Assembly: GCA_001949185.1 (NCBI GenBank)
Contig: BDGG01000008.1
Location: 1,838,761 to 1,902,760 of the forward strand
Length of the DNA: 64,000 bases
Reading direction: 5' to 3'
Source: Ramazzottius varieornatus
Taxonomy: Eukaryota; Animalia; Tardigrada
Made by a program: the position numbers and the translations under genes. The notes below the pieces were generated by a model, which saw only the letters and a list, made by a program, of their open reading frames with translations, made no database searches and was not told where the DNA came from. Of the stretch, positions 24,307 through 38,079 are shown piece after piece; the stretch's first letter is position 1, and every line of letters starts with the position of its first letter.

Positions 24307-26235
24307 TAACGGCACAACGATGTTATGCAGCACGGAGGTGAAAGTTTCACGCTTTGGGACATCGTTGTGACGTTACAAATTTTCGGTCAAAAATTCTGAC
24401 CCCCTTTGGACCACCTAACGCAGCCGTTTGACCAGTGGTCAGGTGGTCGACCGGACTTGAGCATCGTTTTCCTCGATGTCTGTTACTCCACATTGCATCA
24501 GCAGTTTATTAGGTGCGGAAGTACGACTTGTAACTCTCTTTCCGACACTAACTTCAAAAGATTGTCTCTCGCGTTCCAGCAAAGTTTTTCCACCCAAACT
24601 TTTTGCAGCATATTGCACTATCATCGGACTTTTGAATTCGTTTCCGAGCTTGAATTTATTGGAAACGTGACGACTTCCGAATTTTGTCAAACGAAGTCGC
24701 CAATTTTGGAAAAACTCCACCACGTCCGAAGAAAAAAGGTTTTTTGACCGCCCAAGCTTTGTTTCAAAAATTGTGATGATTCCGCTGAATGCGCCTGGGT
24801 ATTTAGCCTTATGGTCGGTTCTGGGTTCTGTTCGACAACGTGCGCTGACATGGTTATCCGGGTGAGAATGATCCGATCTTTCGTTGTGAGAGCTGGAACG
24901 GTTCGATTCCAAAGCAACATCGGTCGAAGATAGACCACACCTGGGGTATCTAGTGGACAAATTACAATCGTTTTTCAGGCAGTCCGTGAGACGGGAGAAA
25001 TTTGGTTCTCGCCAACTCACTAAAGTTGGCATTTACGATCGGTTCTTCAAACGGGAAAACGCGTTCTCCTCTTCTCGAAATTCCAGAAGCCGCAATAAGG
25101 TAACCTTCAAGTACCATTCTTCGAGTCCTAACTTAGCTCCACAGGATGATACGACTCGCTTGCCGTTTCGTGAACGGCCATTTCCGAAATTCGTACCATC
25201 TGTCGGACGCAGTATTTTGATCTCCTGATTTTTGCCACATCTGATGTACACTATCCTGCTTCGTTTGAGCATAAGGATGCTTCCCTTCAGATCCACAGTC
25301 AACCGCTGCAGCCGTCTTCGTTTATGACATAATCCTGAAAGTTGTGACTGCCTTGGTAACAACAATTTTTTGCCTTCGCCGGCGCTCCTGAAAAAACGTA
25401 CTGTATACTGCGACATACAACTTTGACAAAACAAGTTCTGTTCAAAAACTTTTAGGTTGAAAGAAGTGCTTGGGAAATTCAATTTTGCCGACAAAACAAA
25501 CAGTTTCTTCCCGAAGCCCGGGCAGAGCAGATTTTTCTGAAACTCTGCGTAGTGATTGAGGTCCAACAGGAGTGCCGAAAACATTTCATTACCATTCATT
25601 GAACGGGCCACGAGAAAACATACCTGTTTCCTCGTGGCTCGTTCTAGTCATCAAATGTAAAAGGTCTTTCAGTATGAAATTGCCGTTTTGAGAACGCCTA
25701 TTTCAAACAATTCTATCTCTGGTCAGAAGCGATATTTCGATCCTTCTTTTTTAATGAGCATAGCGTATGGTGTCGCCTTCAGTCTAAGCATAGGGAAGCT
25801 CCACTCCAGCCTCACGATAAATTCTGGAGCTGTTTGTGTCCGTAGCGTAATTCTGGAAATTTTGACATCCTTGTTAGAAAAATTCTTTTGTCGCGACGAG
25901 CGCTCCTAAAATTATACGTCTGACGTAGAAACGTACAGCAAAAAGAATTCTATCGATTACCCCCTTCAGCTTTAACAAAGCGTGTCCTGTTCGGAAAACT
26001 TCCAGGTGAGAGAAAAGAGCTTAAAAACATAATTTTCCTCGATAAACATTTTCTTCTTCCTCCGGCCCGGGCAGAGCAGGTTTTCCAAAACTTCACCCAG
26101 CGATCGAAGACACCTTGACATACTGGCAGATAATGTCATTGCGTGAATTGATTAACACTACGACCGAAGAAATGGGAAAAAGTCATCTCCCCACTAAACT
26201 GGCGCACCTTGTTCTCGGCAGTTCACCACCTTCTA

Positions 26236-27520
26236 TCAGGTGATAAGGTATGACTTGTCGGCTCACACCAGTCTCACAATGAAAAATCCATATCTCTCTT
26301 TTAGCGCGATCGTTTCGTCTCGTTTTTTTTGTGTCGATGCTAGTGTTCGTCTACTATCTTTCGCTGCTTCGTTTATGTTAGTTTGTTGCTTCTGCCCTCT
26401 CTGTGGAGTTATTGGCGCGCCCATGGACAAGAGCAAGTTACGGACTATTTTCGAGTATGAATTTCGTCGCGGCACCAACGCAGCACAGACAGTTCGGAAT
26501 ACCAACAATGTGTTTGGTGAAGACGCCACTAACGAACGTACGGTGGAACGATGGTATGCTCGTCTCCGTTCGGGAGATTTTAGTCTCGAAGATCACCCTC
26601 ACGGAAGGCCAAAACTGAAAGTGAACAACGACGAGCTGAGAAAGCTGGTGGAGTCCGATCCTTCCCAAACGTCTGCCGTATTGTCTCAACACTTCAACGT
26701 ATCACCCGTGACTATCGATTTGAACCTTCGTCAGATCGGTAAGGTGAAAAAGTTGGAAAAGTGGGTACCTCATGAACTTAGCGCACTCCAGAAAAGGCAC
26801 CGGGTGGACGTGTGTCTTTCTCTCCTCAACCGTTCCAGAAACGAACCTTTCCTTCATCGAATTGTTACGTGTGATGAGAAGTGGATTCTTTACAACAACC
26901 GGAAGCGGAAGAAGGTAATTTTGAGCCCAGGTGAAGTCCCGAAAACTATTCCAAAGCCTGAGCCTCACCAACGCAAGATCATGGTTACTGTTTAGTGGAC
27001 AATGGAAGGGATAGTGCACTATGACTTTCTTCCTCCTGGCAAAACAATAGTAGCAGACTACTACTCTCTGGAACAGGAAGAAATGATGAAGAAGCTGACC
27101 GTCAAGCAACCAAAGTTGGTCAATCGTGACAAGCCCCTGCTGCTACACGACAACGCAAAAGCTCACTCCGCGAAAAAGACTTATGCCAAATTACGCGAGC
27201 TCGGTCTGGAAACTCTTCCTCATCCACCATACAGTCCTGACTTAGCTCCAACAGATTATCACTTCTTTTTGAATTTTGATAACTTTTTGAGAGGAAGAAA
27301 ATTTAATTCCGAAGAAGCTGTGAAAAGTGTCTTCGAGAACTTCGCCGGTTCTCTTTCTCTCGAGTTCTTCCGTAAAGGCCTATCTTGTCTACCGGAAAAA
27401 TGGCAAAAGTGTGTCGATAGTAATGGTGAATACTTCGATTAAAAAGGATTAGATTCAAACTGGGGAAAGTTGTAATAAAATTTCATGTTGGTGGCCGACA
27501 AGTCATACCTTATCACCTGA
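26236..27520 (+). mobile_element. Full-length mariner (DD34D) element, 1285 bp
   Basis: Perfect 27-bp TIR TCAGGTGATAAGGTATGACTTGTCGGC; TA TSD. Confidence 0.96.
26423..27442 (+). pseudogene. mariner transposase with a single in-frame stop
   Basis: WVPHEL, TCDEKW, LHDNA-x-YSPDLAPTD (D34D). TAG at 26993-26995 where the canonical VWW needs TGG. Confidence 0.93.
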
Positions 27521-27956
27521 TATTCAAAATTTTCTTCTTTTGAGAAATCCTGAAGGATTATTTTCTTGCTTTCTTTTCCGGTACTGATACTCTAAGATTT
27601 CCACCACAAAACACCCTCTTGTCGGTGTGATGGTGCAGTTGGCGGTGTGGCAAAAAATTCGTGAAATGGTCCTGGTTAGACATGCATGGTCGTTTTCCAA
27701 AATTCTTCCTACGTCCCGTTTTTGGGGAACCTTGTTTTCAAAAACGAGAAAGCCTCGTCACTGGAGTTGGACATCAGCTGAACTCCAAAAGTGGTGTTAC
27801 GACTTCGAAACGAGATTTTGAAGTCCGGCCCTAAATAACGGCAATTTCATACTGAAAGACCTTATATTTTAGAAGCAACAAAAGTCGTAGTCAACTGCCT
27901 GCTGATCGAGATGTCACTCGCAAGATGGAAGCGCTCCAGAATGGTGTCACCTACTA

Positions 27957-29309
27957 CAGTGCACGCGAAACTTGACTGTCGATAATGAGCGTAACGCTCG
28001 AGCTGGAGCTTATTTGTGGTCTAACCGATGACCGCTATAGCTTGATATCAGGTGCGGAAGTATGACTTGTTACTCCTGGAAACAAGTCAACTTCAAAAAT
28101 TCATAGTTACACTCCCCCTTGTCCTATGCCTTTTCTTCACTCACTGTTTCAACTCCTAGCTATCGTTTGGCGTTCTGTTAACCCAAGTTTCTCAGCTTCG
28201 GGGTAGGGCAGGAATGGTTTTGTCGGAATCATGGATAACCAAAATTTTAGGCGATTCAACTATTTGAATTTTCTCAAGGCGTCAGCGTATCCCAGACAGG
28301 CGCTAAGATATGCTTCGTTTCTCGTAATGAAGCAGCTAACGGCTGAACCGTAAGAGGTTGGGTACGTCTTCTCCGCTCTGGAGATTCCTAGGTCGGAAGT
28401 CACCCCTCGGGAAGACCGCAACTGAAGTTGGACAACAACGTCCAGAGGGAGCATATCGACTTCGATCCTTCCCAAACTTGCAAAACTTTTAAGAAAGTTT
28501 GAAGTGTCTTCCTAAAATCCTCGCTGGACATTAAGACATAACCCGAAGGAGAAAAAACAAAGAGTTTGATACCCCGCTTACTTCGCGCACCGTACGATGA
28601 ACGCAAATTTTGCCTGTCCGTGACCTCCCGTTTCTGAGTGAGACCGAACTGGTCCCCAGACTGCATTGTTACTAGTGACAAAGACCGGGCTCTGTTGGTC
28701 GTTCTGTAGCAAAAATTGGAATGTTTCGAAAGAGCCGAATTACCGCAGGAAATTTCGAATCGTGCGCGGCACTATAGGGAAATTATGGTTACCTACTGAG
28801 TGCTATCTTACAGTCCAGTCAGTTGAAAAATTCTTCCGCCCGGCATAACGATAGTTGCAGACAAAACCTCTCTGGAGCGGGGAAGAATGATAAAAAACTT
28901 GCCGTTGCCTAAAAGAAATCTTTCGGTCAACTCAAAGCACTACTTTGCAAGTCAGCTCTAGAGTGCACACTGAACAAAACGCTTCCGCAAAACTGCAGGA
29001 GGTGGAACTGGAAACTCTCCTCCGTACACCAGGAAGAGGGGTTCTGATACCAGAGGATTATCACCATGTCGCAGAATTTCAGCACCCCAGCGAGAAAGAA
29101 CAATTTCTTCCGCAGAGGCTACCAAAAATGGCTACCGAGACTCTATTGTTTCTCTTCCGAGGTTCGAAGCCAGGAGAATTTTTTGAAAATCTTCGTCGGG
29201 GGAGTAACAAGTCATAGTTCCGCACCTGATACATGAGGAAATTTCATTGGCTATCTCCATCTGGCTCCATCCAACACCCATTTTTGACGGTTAATTTTCG
29301 CGTGCACTG
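27957..29309. mobile_element. Tc1/pogo-type MITE (CAGTGCACGCGAAA TIR) with a nested element
   Basis: 14-bp TIR and TA flanks; related in sequence to 38442-39401. Confidence 0.75.
28048..29229. mobile_element. Non-autonomous mariner-TIR element
   Basis: TIR TCAGGTGCGGAAsTATGACTTGTTACTCC and TA TSD; non-coding interior. A solo similar end occurs at about 24510. Confidence 0.85.
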
Positions 29310-30280
29310 TATTCCCGGTGCCATTTGTTTTCCAATCACCAGTCACGCGCGCAGTGTGAACAGTTTCAAATCATTCGCGTAGACGTCTATTGATTGAGAC
29401 TTGAAAAACCAGACAGGAAGCACGATCCGGATGATTGGCTGAGAATCCGCGCACTGCGATGGAGATTTTGTTTTTCTTCCGCGGTGTTGCGACTTTTTTC
29501 TGCCACAGGCAGACTAAATCTTCGTTACGGCAAAGCAGCGAAGTTCATTGTTACTGATTGTTATTGATTCATCAGCGATACGGTGGAAGACGAACATCGT
29601 TCCATCAGATCGACCAGCCTGTGGTCTGCGCGGTGAACTTTGCTATTCAAAATCCGATACGAAATACTATCTGGATTGCGGTAGCGGTTTCCGGTCTGAT
29701 TGTCCTGTGCCTGGAAGTCCTGTAAGTTGATTCCAATCTTGCTGACGTACGGCGCACACAGTATCGTTCACACGCATGGAACTCATGTTAGTAGCCGATC
29801 TTTTTTCACAGAGGAGTATCTCGGAGTATCCTTCTTTTTACAAAGAGGGATGACGATTAGTGGTTGTTGCACGATCACATGGCGACGCCACTTCCTCGAA
29901 ACCGACAGCCCCTGGGCAGTGTATGGAGAGCTGAAATATAAAATGTACGCAACGCAGAAAGTTATACCTAAAGAGACGCATTTACTGACGGGTTCGTTTA
30001 GTTCGATCCGTACAGGAGGAGTAAGCATGTGTGACCCAGTGAGGAAATGTGTGACCCAGTAGTCTCAGACGGCGTGACATGTATCAAGTATGCATTACGT
30101 TAACAGAAACACTTTTTATGTAAGATAGACAACACTGTAATTCGTTACGTCTAGGCTTTATTTTAATTACGAGTGTCTCATGCTTTTCTATGGATGCGCC
30201 GTCTGTGACTACTGGGTCACACATGCTTACTCCTCCTGTAGCGAAGATCGACTGGATTCTCAAACTTCAAGAAAACTTGA

Positions 30281-31857
30281 TCAGAAACTAAACTGGAAAG
30301 AACAGAACAGAAAGTTAACGAAACTTCCAAAAAAGCCAGGAGATCGTGTTGCACAGGAAGAAGTTTGTGATCTTGTTTTTGGGTCAAGGTCTTCGATCGA
30401 GCGCAATAAATTCTCATCCAGAGCAGCGCACCGATGTCTTTGAGCACGAAATGGGAGCTTCATTAGTTCTATCACGGGTTCAACAATTTGCTTCGTGTAG
30501 TCCTTGTTTCCTTGATGGATGTTCAACTGCAGAGTGAACCGCATGGTCCGACATGAAACGAGAATATTTTCGGAGGACCGGCAGTTATTCGTAAAGCAAA
30601 CATACCTTCTGAATGGCTGCGTAGAAAGGGTAATAGTACAACTTGGAGACATCGCGAGGGTTGCTACTGTCTCCGTGTAGCATCTTGGCGGTAACGTTAG
30701 GAGGAAGAAACTCCTTCATCCAAGAGCCTCTTGCGTGTGGACATAACCAGTTTCTGAAATTCCACTCATGCGGGAGACTCATGAAGCCTTCAGGGTGGTC
30801 ATGCAGAACAATGTTAACCAAATCCTGATCTATCAGCTTGAAGTCGCTTTCGTATTTCTCGTACGCCGCCAAGACCTCGTCTTCCCAACCGAACCGTCGC
30901 ATCCGAGTCAAGTTCATAGGGATCACACCGGCATTCAGGCCTAAAACATAAACGAAATGTAGGACGTCATCTGAAATCGATAGTGGGTTACGCGAGCGTT
31001 TCAGATTCACTGGGAAGAAGACTTGAACCACCTCGGACCTGATGCTCCTACGTAGGGGGTTCTGGAGACACGTCCATACCACGGCCAAATGTCTGGATGT
31101 CCTCCCGCTTCAGCCACTACAGCCATGAACTGAGTACCATTCATGGACTTGAAAATTTCCCAAAATTTCTCGATCGGGGATACGGCAAAAACATCGGTAT
31201 CGATGTAGATGATAGCGTCTAGTTCGGGCAGAACCGACTACAACAATCCATACAAAAATTAGAAATCTACTTCAAGGTGATACGACGTCAGTAAGATGAT
31301 TATCAATATCCTCAAAACATAGCGAGGTCTGTATATACCAATGTTTGGGGCGACGACAAAGACCTTACAAGTACGAGATACTGACTTAAGCTTACGGCGA
31401 AGAACAGACGGAGCGTAAGGCAAGGTCCAAACGAGTGCCACATCGTCCTTTTCTCCTTCAGATACTCAGGGTACTCAACCATTCGGATCTCGAGAACGGC
31501 ATTAGACTTCTTGAACAGAGGCGCTGATGCCATTTTACCAAACCTAGCAGTTATTAGCTTTACATCATCCGTAAGGATTATCAGGCGAAGTGGACAAGAT
31601 GTAAAAAACAGCATGGATCTAACCAAGGCCGCTAACTGACGCAACCGTCGTTGTTTTTTCCCGCATATTACCGTCACGACCGTCATGGCTGGATCACAGC
31701 TGGGTGCTTCATGTTCCTTCCCAACCTCTAGCTCAGCGTAACTTGTATTGTCCACAGCAGAAAGCTCGGTAGAAGGATGGAGATATAAAGCAGTGTTGAT
31801 GATTAAAATGACGAAAATGACAAGGTAGTACGGCTTCAGGTACCGGCACCAAGGCAT
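30281..31857 (-). CDS. GT8 glucoside xylosyltransferase (GXYLT/shams-like), 4 exons
   Basis: Type II TM anchor, LRLFF|SVLPELDAIIYIDTD (DxD), GLNAGVIPMNLTRMR, DQDLVNI, WNFR..C; in-frame GT-AG junctions. Confidence 0.88.
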
Positions 31858-32369
31858 TGCAAGGTTCTAAGATACCTTTTATGTCCCGTTACCCTGAATA
31901 GTTTTTATTGAAGAACGAGCACATCCCAACCATTGTAAGGTTTCCGCACATCGATGGTTATTATGCATAGGAAAAGACGCTGAAGTTGCAACGATACTGA
32001 TGCTTGTACATATTCATGTGTTTATTGTGTTTATTCATCTTGCTGACACGGAAGCTGCAGTTCAACTCTTCGAAACTCTTATCAAAAGAGAGCTGTGGCA
32101 AAGTGCCTGCACAAACTGCCTGAAGACAATAATCTTTCTGTAAGATTGTAAAGTACAAACTTCTGCTAACGTACGGCAATAACCCAGTCGGTATTTATGC
32201 AGTTGCAAAGATTTCATTATTGCATGCTTACAAAAAAGCTACTCAAACGGACCAGTGGCGCCGCCTGAGAATCGAGTCATTACAAGATGAGTCCACACAA
32301 ACGCGAGCCGATTAGGGGGAAATAGACTATAAAATTTAGAGCCGCGATGGCTTATAAGAAATGTTCGTC

Positions 32370-33214
32370 CAATTCGATCGGCCGAGTAGGAGTACCAGTG
32401 CGGTGTATGGTCAAGAGCCATTATTCTACGCAACAAAGGCTCGCCAAGAGCGGCGCACTTATGTAGACGGTTAGCCTTCAGAAGTTCGTGCAGCTTTTTC
32501 CTTGTTGGCTCATCGAACTGTGCAGTGTAGTTTCTGCTTGTTCTTTGGATATCGAGCTACCAACAATAGCAAAACTATTGTATTTGTGAAAACTTCAGCG
32601 TAAACTGGGCGAGTTGATCGTACTTCCTGGATAACTGTTTATACAGGGTGATAGTACACATTTCCTCTGTCCCGAGAATTGGTACCGTCGCTGTGCATAA
32701 GCTTGGCGGTGATACTAAGCGATAGTGCTTCTTTGAACCGGGAGTTCGATTCATGAGGGCACAGTCAGAAGCGGAAGTTAAGCTCGTGGGAAGATCCATC
32801 AAAGATTCTGGGTGATCATGTAAGATGATGTTGATGAGGTCCTGATCTGGCAGTAAAAGCTTGCTCTCCTATGCGGTTGCCATTTTCCCCATCCGAACAT
32901 CCGCATACGCGAAAAACTCATCCGTATCACGCCAGAATTGATACCTGTGAAATTTTACTATCTTCAGTCCTTGTAGACCGAATTTAGTTCTAACGCACAC
33001 AGTACGGCTCACCCGTTTTCCCAGCAAAGGGCGTTTCTGAAGTATATCCGTACCACACAATAAAATGTGGATCGAACCGAGCGCCGGCTGATAAGACCAT
33101 CATCTGACTGCCGTTCATGTACGAGAATACAGTGTTCCAAACATTTTCGATAGGCGCCACAGCAAAAATATCCGTGTCCATGTAGAGAACGACATCATAG
33201 TCCGGCAGTACCGA
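32370..33214 (-). pseudogene. Partial GT8 xylosyltransferase duplicate
   Basis: SVLPDYDVVLYMDTDIF exon and DQDLINIILHDHPE are present, but the NAGV segment is missing, there is a frameshift/stop, and no first exon is recognisable. Confidence 0.75.
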
Positions 33215-33350
33215 CTAGAAGAAGAAGAACCCACTACAGGACGAATTGATCTGCCAGATAACGTGCCGATAGCTCATACTAGTCGTGCTCTCTTACAGGA
33301 AGAAAATACGAAGCGTAGAGGAAGGTCCCCACAACTTGTACCACTCACTC

Positions 33351-33406
33351 GAAAACGTACTATCGTCAAGCCTAACGGGCGAAAACGTACTATCGTCAAG
33401 CCTAAC
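33351..33406. repeat. 30-bp period tandem duplication
   Basis: gaaaacgtactatcgtcaagcctaac occurs twice. Confidence 0.85.
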
Positions 33407-33789
33407 AAAGCCCCGCACACCACAGGCGGTTACCAACACGCGTCGGCCTACGTGTGTGGAAAGCATAATCGAACCAGAGAAATCGAACTACGGCGCGCGC
33501 CGTGTACCGAATTCGAAGCCCAAAATTTTACTGTAACCAAAAAGCTGATAGATTCACACACTATGTGGGAAATGTACTGTAAAAAAAATGTATAGCTGAT
33601 TCAAAAACAGAGACAAGTCTGGATCTTAGATGTCGCACTTTAGCCAGAAGCCCGGAACAAGAAGGAAGTGTCAACATTCAAGAACATTTTTGACACAGGA
33701 AGCAGGCTATAACAACGTACTAAATGATCTGTCAAACCATAAACACGACTGTACTTCGATCCTTCGATACCATTTAAATTACAACGAGC

Positions 33790-36700
33790 TCAAGGAAAAT
33801 CATCGTCACCAGGAGCGTCTAGATCCTTGTAGCTGACCATATCGCGTCGATCATGCCTACAAAACACTCCACTGTCAAGCCACCACTTGCCAATTATTAT
33901 CCTGTAAAGATAACTAGTTACCTCGGACCGAACGGTCCGCGTCCGCCCATGCCGCCTCCGCGTCGGCCAAAGAAATCTCCCATACCCATGGGACCCATCC
34001 CGGGATGCATTCCCATGAAGGGTGGAGGGAACGGTCCAGGAAGGGGGAACGGCATCCTCATGTCAGGAAATCCCAGCCGACCATGGAGCGGATGACCGAA
34101 ACCGAAGGGGTTTCCACCCATGTTACCGCCCATCGGACCTTAACAGCATATTGTAATTCACAAAATAGTTCAAGGAAAATGAAACTCGAGCAAACTCGGC
34201 AAGATTGTTTTCCCAAGGGGCGCACGTATCGGGTATTACTGGTTGGAACTGTGCGCCACTCATGGGAAAAATAAGACTGTCTTTCCAAGTGACCCACACT
34301 CCCATTGTAATTGGCTGGAAGTGTGCGCCACTCGAAAAACCGATCTTGTCTAACTCATGCCCGAGTCCCAAATGTTCTAGATAGTTGGAAATCCGGCGGT
34401 TTAGGCGTGGTTTACCTGCTCCAGCCAAGCCAACGCCACCGCTACCACCCATCCCCCCACCTTGTCCACCGCGTTGCTGAGATGTAACTGGGTGTTCCGG
34501 CAGCGACGGTCTTTTCGGGTCGGCCAAGTAGTTGTTGAAGTATTCGACGTCCTTGCGAACTTCTTCCACCTTCTCGCCGTGCTTGTTCAGGATGTGCTTA
34601 TGGACGAAGTCAGCCCCTTTGAACTTCTTGCCGCTCAGCGGGCACAGCCACTTGTCTTCCGACTGTTTCTTGGTGTTGGCGTCGATGAAGCGCTGCACTT
34701 CCGTCTCTTGGTCTTTCTTCCCCAACTCGGTCAGCTCTTCCTTCGTCAGCTTCTGCTTGGCCACCAACCAGGGTTCCAACTTACTTTCCATACCTTTCAC
34801 ATAAGCCGTAGCTGCAAGAAACCGGTCAAGTTTCCATGTTGTTACAGAATCTGGGTATATTAACGACACAGCCCTGACTAACAAACTCCCGAACAAGGCT
34901 GTGCCGAACTACTGGAAACTTTACTGGAAGTTCCCGGAAACAAATTCACGATGCAACTTGAGCACCAATAACTAAAGAGTATTTAGCGATCAATCTTTTC
35001 ATGAAAACAACTCCCAAAAACTTTCGTTCGTAAAACGGTAACAACGAGAATGCTTTTAGAAATGTCAAACTCCAGCACGGCCCTGGCTCGCAAGGCGAAC
35101 TTCCTACAGGGCCGTGCCCACCTCCAACTTACCGTCATCAGCGGAGACTTGGTGAGGAGGCGGCGGTCCGCGGACGTGCATGATGCCACATCGATTGGGC
35201 ATTTCATCCTCCAGAGGATAGTCGGAGCAGTTGTAGAAGTCGAGCGAGTGGACGATGCGAATGTACAGCAGTAGGCGATCGAGAACCTTCAAAAGATCGT
35301 CGACGCGTTCGATGGTCGGTGCGTTGTCGTCAGTTTCCATATCTTTGTCCTTCTTCTCTTCGCCAAACTCGCCAGCCTCGCTCTTGATGCCACCTTCGTA
35401 CTCTTCTTCCTCCGCTGAACCTTCTTCGATAAGGTAGTCGGTGATGTCTTTCAGCAGCGGATTGCGCGACTTCACGAAAGCCTGCAAGGGAAAAAATATT
35501 CAACCTAAGAAAGACGAAATATCTATCACCGTTTTGTCCGCACGGAAGGAAGTTACTTGGTCGGGGTTCGCCTTGTCCTTCTCATCGACCCAGAAGCCAG
35601 CTTGGTTGTCAAGATTCTGGATGATTCTGGCAGCCAGTTGGATACACGAACGAACAACTGGCTTATGAGCTGCGATACCGGAAGTGGGACGAATACGTCG
35701 AGTCAGGTCCCGGTTGACGATCGCACCGAGTTCAGTGTCTCGAAGCTAAAGAAAAGTAAGAAAAAAGATGGCGGTCGAATTGGAGCGGACGAAGCAAAGA
35801 CACAAGTTTTAACCGGAAGTCGTTTTAAACTCACTCGAATGTTGCTGAGATTCCAGCAGATTTCTTTAATGTTGACATCAGGTTCGAAAGTGGCCCAACC
35901 ACGTCGGAAGAAACGTCGTTCAGGCAGCGGGTCGGCAATGGCCACCTTGATGAAACCCGGGAATCTTTTGCAAACCTGCAAGGTGTAAACGTTGAGCGAT
36001 GCGGACGAATGTGCCTTAAAGTCCTTAAAGTCAAAGTAGCCGCGCCATTTTCTCAGGTACGACTGATTCTACTCACGTTCTCAACTTCAGTCTTGGTGAT
36101 GTTCGGTGGAAGGTTGCGCAAGAAGATGGAAGTAGTCTTATGGAAGACTTTGCGTTGCTTCGTTGGTGACGCCAGCTTTGGAGCTTCGCCAGTCTTCTCA
36201 CCACCTTCACCAGTCGACGCTCCACCCTCCACGTTGCTTTCTCCGTTCTCCGTATCCATCTTTTCTTCCTTTATCCTATAAGAAATCCACAACAAGTTAC
36301 CACCGTAAATAAAACGATTCTCAAATATCAAAATCAAATACTCAATTTTCGCGACACGGCCTTCAGTGAAGATGGAAGTATCAGTCAAGGCCGTGCCCCT
36401 AATATATCCAACGTACGGTTTTTCGACGGCTTCTTCCTTAATCTCTGTCTCGTCCTCGGTCTTCTCTTCGCCGTTATCCATACTCTCGGAATCTTTAGCG
36501 TCGTCAAGAGACTTGAAGTCGGCTTCTGTGCCGCCTTCCATCAAGACCAGGGCCATGTCGAGGAGTTTGACCAGCTGGTTAGAGTCGTCGATATCCAGCT
36601 TGACATCGTCAATCTTGTTCAGCTTCAACAAGCCCATGTAGGCGTCCAAGCGCTTTTGGATGTACGCTTGCTTCTCCGCGGTCCTGGCTGCACTTTCCTC

Positions 36701-38079
36701 CGGATGGTACTTCTGACGGAACCTAAAAGAAAACGCTTCACATCGGGACAACCCATTCGAACCAGTCAAACCAATCAAACAAATACTTACGCCGCAACGA
36801 AGCGCAAAATTCGAATTTATCGAAAAGAAAAGGCTCTGTCTCGGTTGTGGTAGAAGTAAAGCTAACTTTCTACAGTCCAAAGACCGTTCACTTCACTGCA
36901 TTGTGCGCAGTGATCCCTCACTCGATGGAAAAACCATTGTATTGAGTTTATGCATAAGTAAAAGTGAAAAAGCGAGGGAATTTTATTCCGTCCTGACTGA
37001 CTGCAAATAAACAGGTTCTTTTCTTCGCTGCTTCAATACTGATAGAGTTCAATAAGAATACGAGCATGCGATACCATTCTTCGTCTTTGTGAGCCACAAA
37101 GAACTCATGGATCTGCTGGCGTTTGAAGTCCATCTTGTACTCGCGGTAGCGCTGAACTGCGTCATCGTCGTCCACCGAATCGTCCAGAGTCGCCAAGAAC
37201 TGTTTGAAGCTCATTATGGCCGGTTGTGTAGGACCTAAAAACCGAGCAAGAATCCAACGGTAAAATATGACTCCACCTCGGGTTGAATTTCGCCTCCCGT
37301 TACTGCTATTCGATAGATCTCGACGAGATCTGGGGAACTGCATCAGCCGTGTTTGCAACAAGAGTATTCCACTCAAGGGAGCAACGTTCAAACCCAGGTA
37401 GATCAGTACTGTATCAATCCAACACAATGCCCAAAAACAATCAAGGGCCCAAGAACGTACCATTTGGACCATCAACTTGGGCGTCCATGCTGCGAGAACG
37501 ACATATGAATCAACCAACTATTCTCAATCGATTGAAGACGGTAAGCAGCCAATCAATATTTGGTCAATCAAGTGCCTGGATCTTCAACTTACCCTCTTCC
37601 TCCAGATCGACGATCATTTCCTGTATCGTCTCTTTCATCGTCCCTAGACGACACAAGAAGCTAGTCTACACTCTCGAATATACGGCTCGATTATGCAGAC
37701 GAAGGAGTAACAGAAGGAGCGGTACCAGTCTCGGCGTGTCCGCTTCATCCCGGATCCATCACGGCGATCGGGAGGAGAAGAAAATTTACTGGGTCGATCG
37801 CGCATTCCTCCACTGCTACCTCTTTGCCAGCCTCCAGAGTCTCTTCCACCACCACTCCGTCTGGATAAGGACGACAGAAAGTTGCAGCCTCAGAGCATAA
37901 ACAGAGTGTGTTCGTTAAATGAACACTAGCGTGACTGCTGCATGAATAACCTTGACAATGGACAACGAAACACAAATGCGAAGTTCTAACCTGTCATTCC
38001 ACGCACGATCGCCGTCATCGTTGCGTCGGAACTTATCGCGAGATCGTCGTTGATCCATTTCATCATCGGAGTCACCCAT
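33790..38079 (-). CDS. Ars2: Serrate RNA effector molecule / Ars2 (multi-exon)
   Basis: N-terminus [19 protein letters not shown]; [12 protein letters not shown]; [11 protein letters not shown]; FFRRGWATF; [15 protein letters not shown]; [23 protein letters not shown]; last exon 33856-33790 encodes [15 protein letters not shown]. Confidence 0.96.

Larger units (their letters stand above)
25660..27864. mobile_element. Non-autonomous Tc1/mariner-like element hosting the mariner
   Basis: 27-bp perfect TIR AAGGTCTTTCAGTATGAAATTGCCGTT (25661-25687 / 27837-27863); TA flanks. Confidence 0.75.

Noticed and set aside
24439-25611. 197-aa and 192-aa minus-strand ORFs
   Set aside because: They lie within degraded repeat DNA and show no domain motifs.
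33918-33920. Ars2 stop codon as suggested by the ORF track
   Set aside because: It falls in a GTAACT donor. The conserved YKDLDAP terminus is encoded by the next exon.
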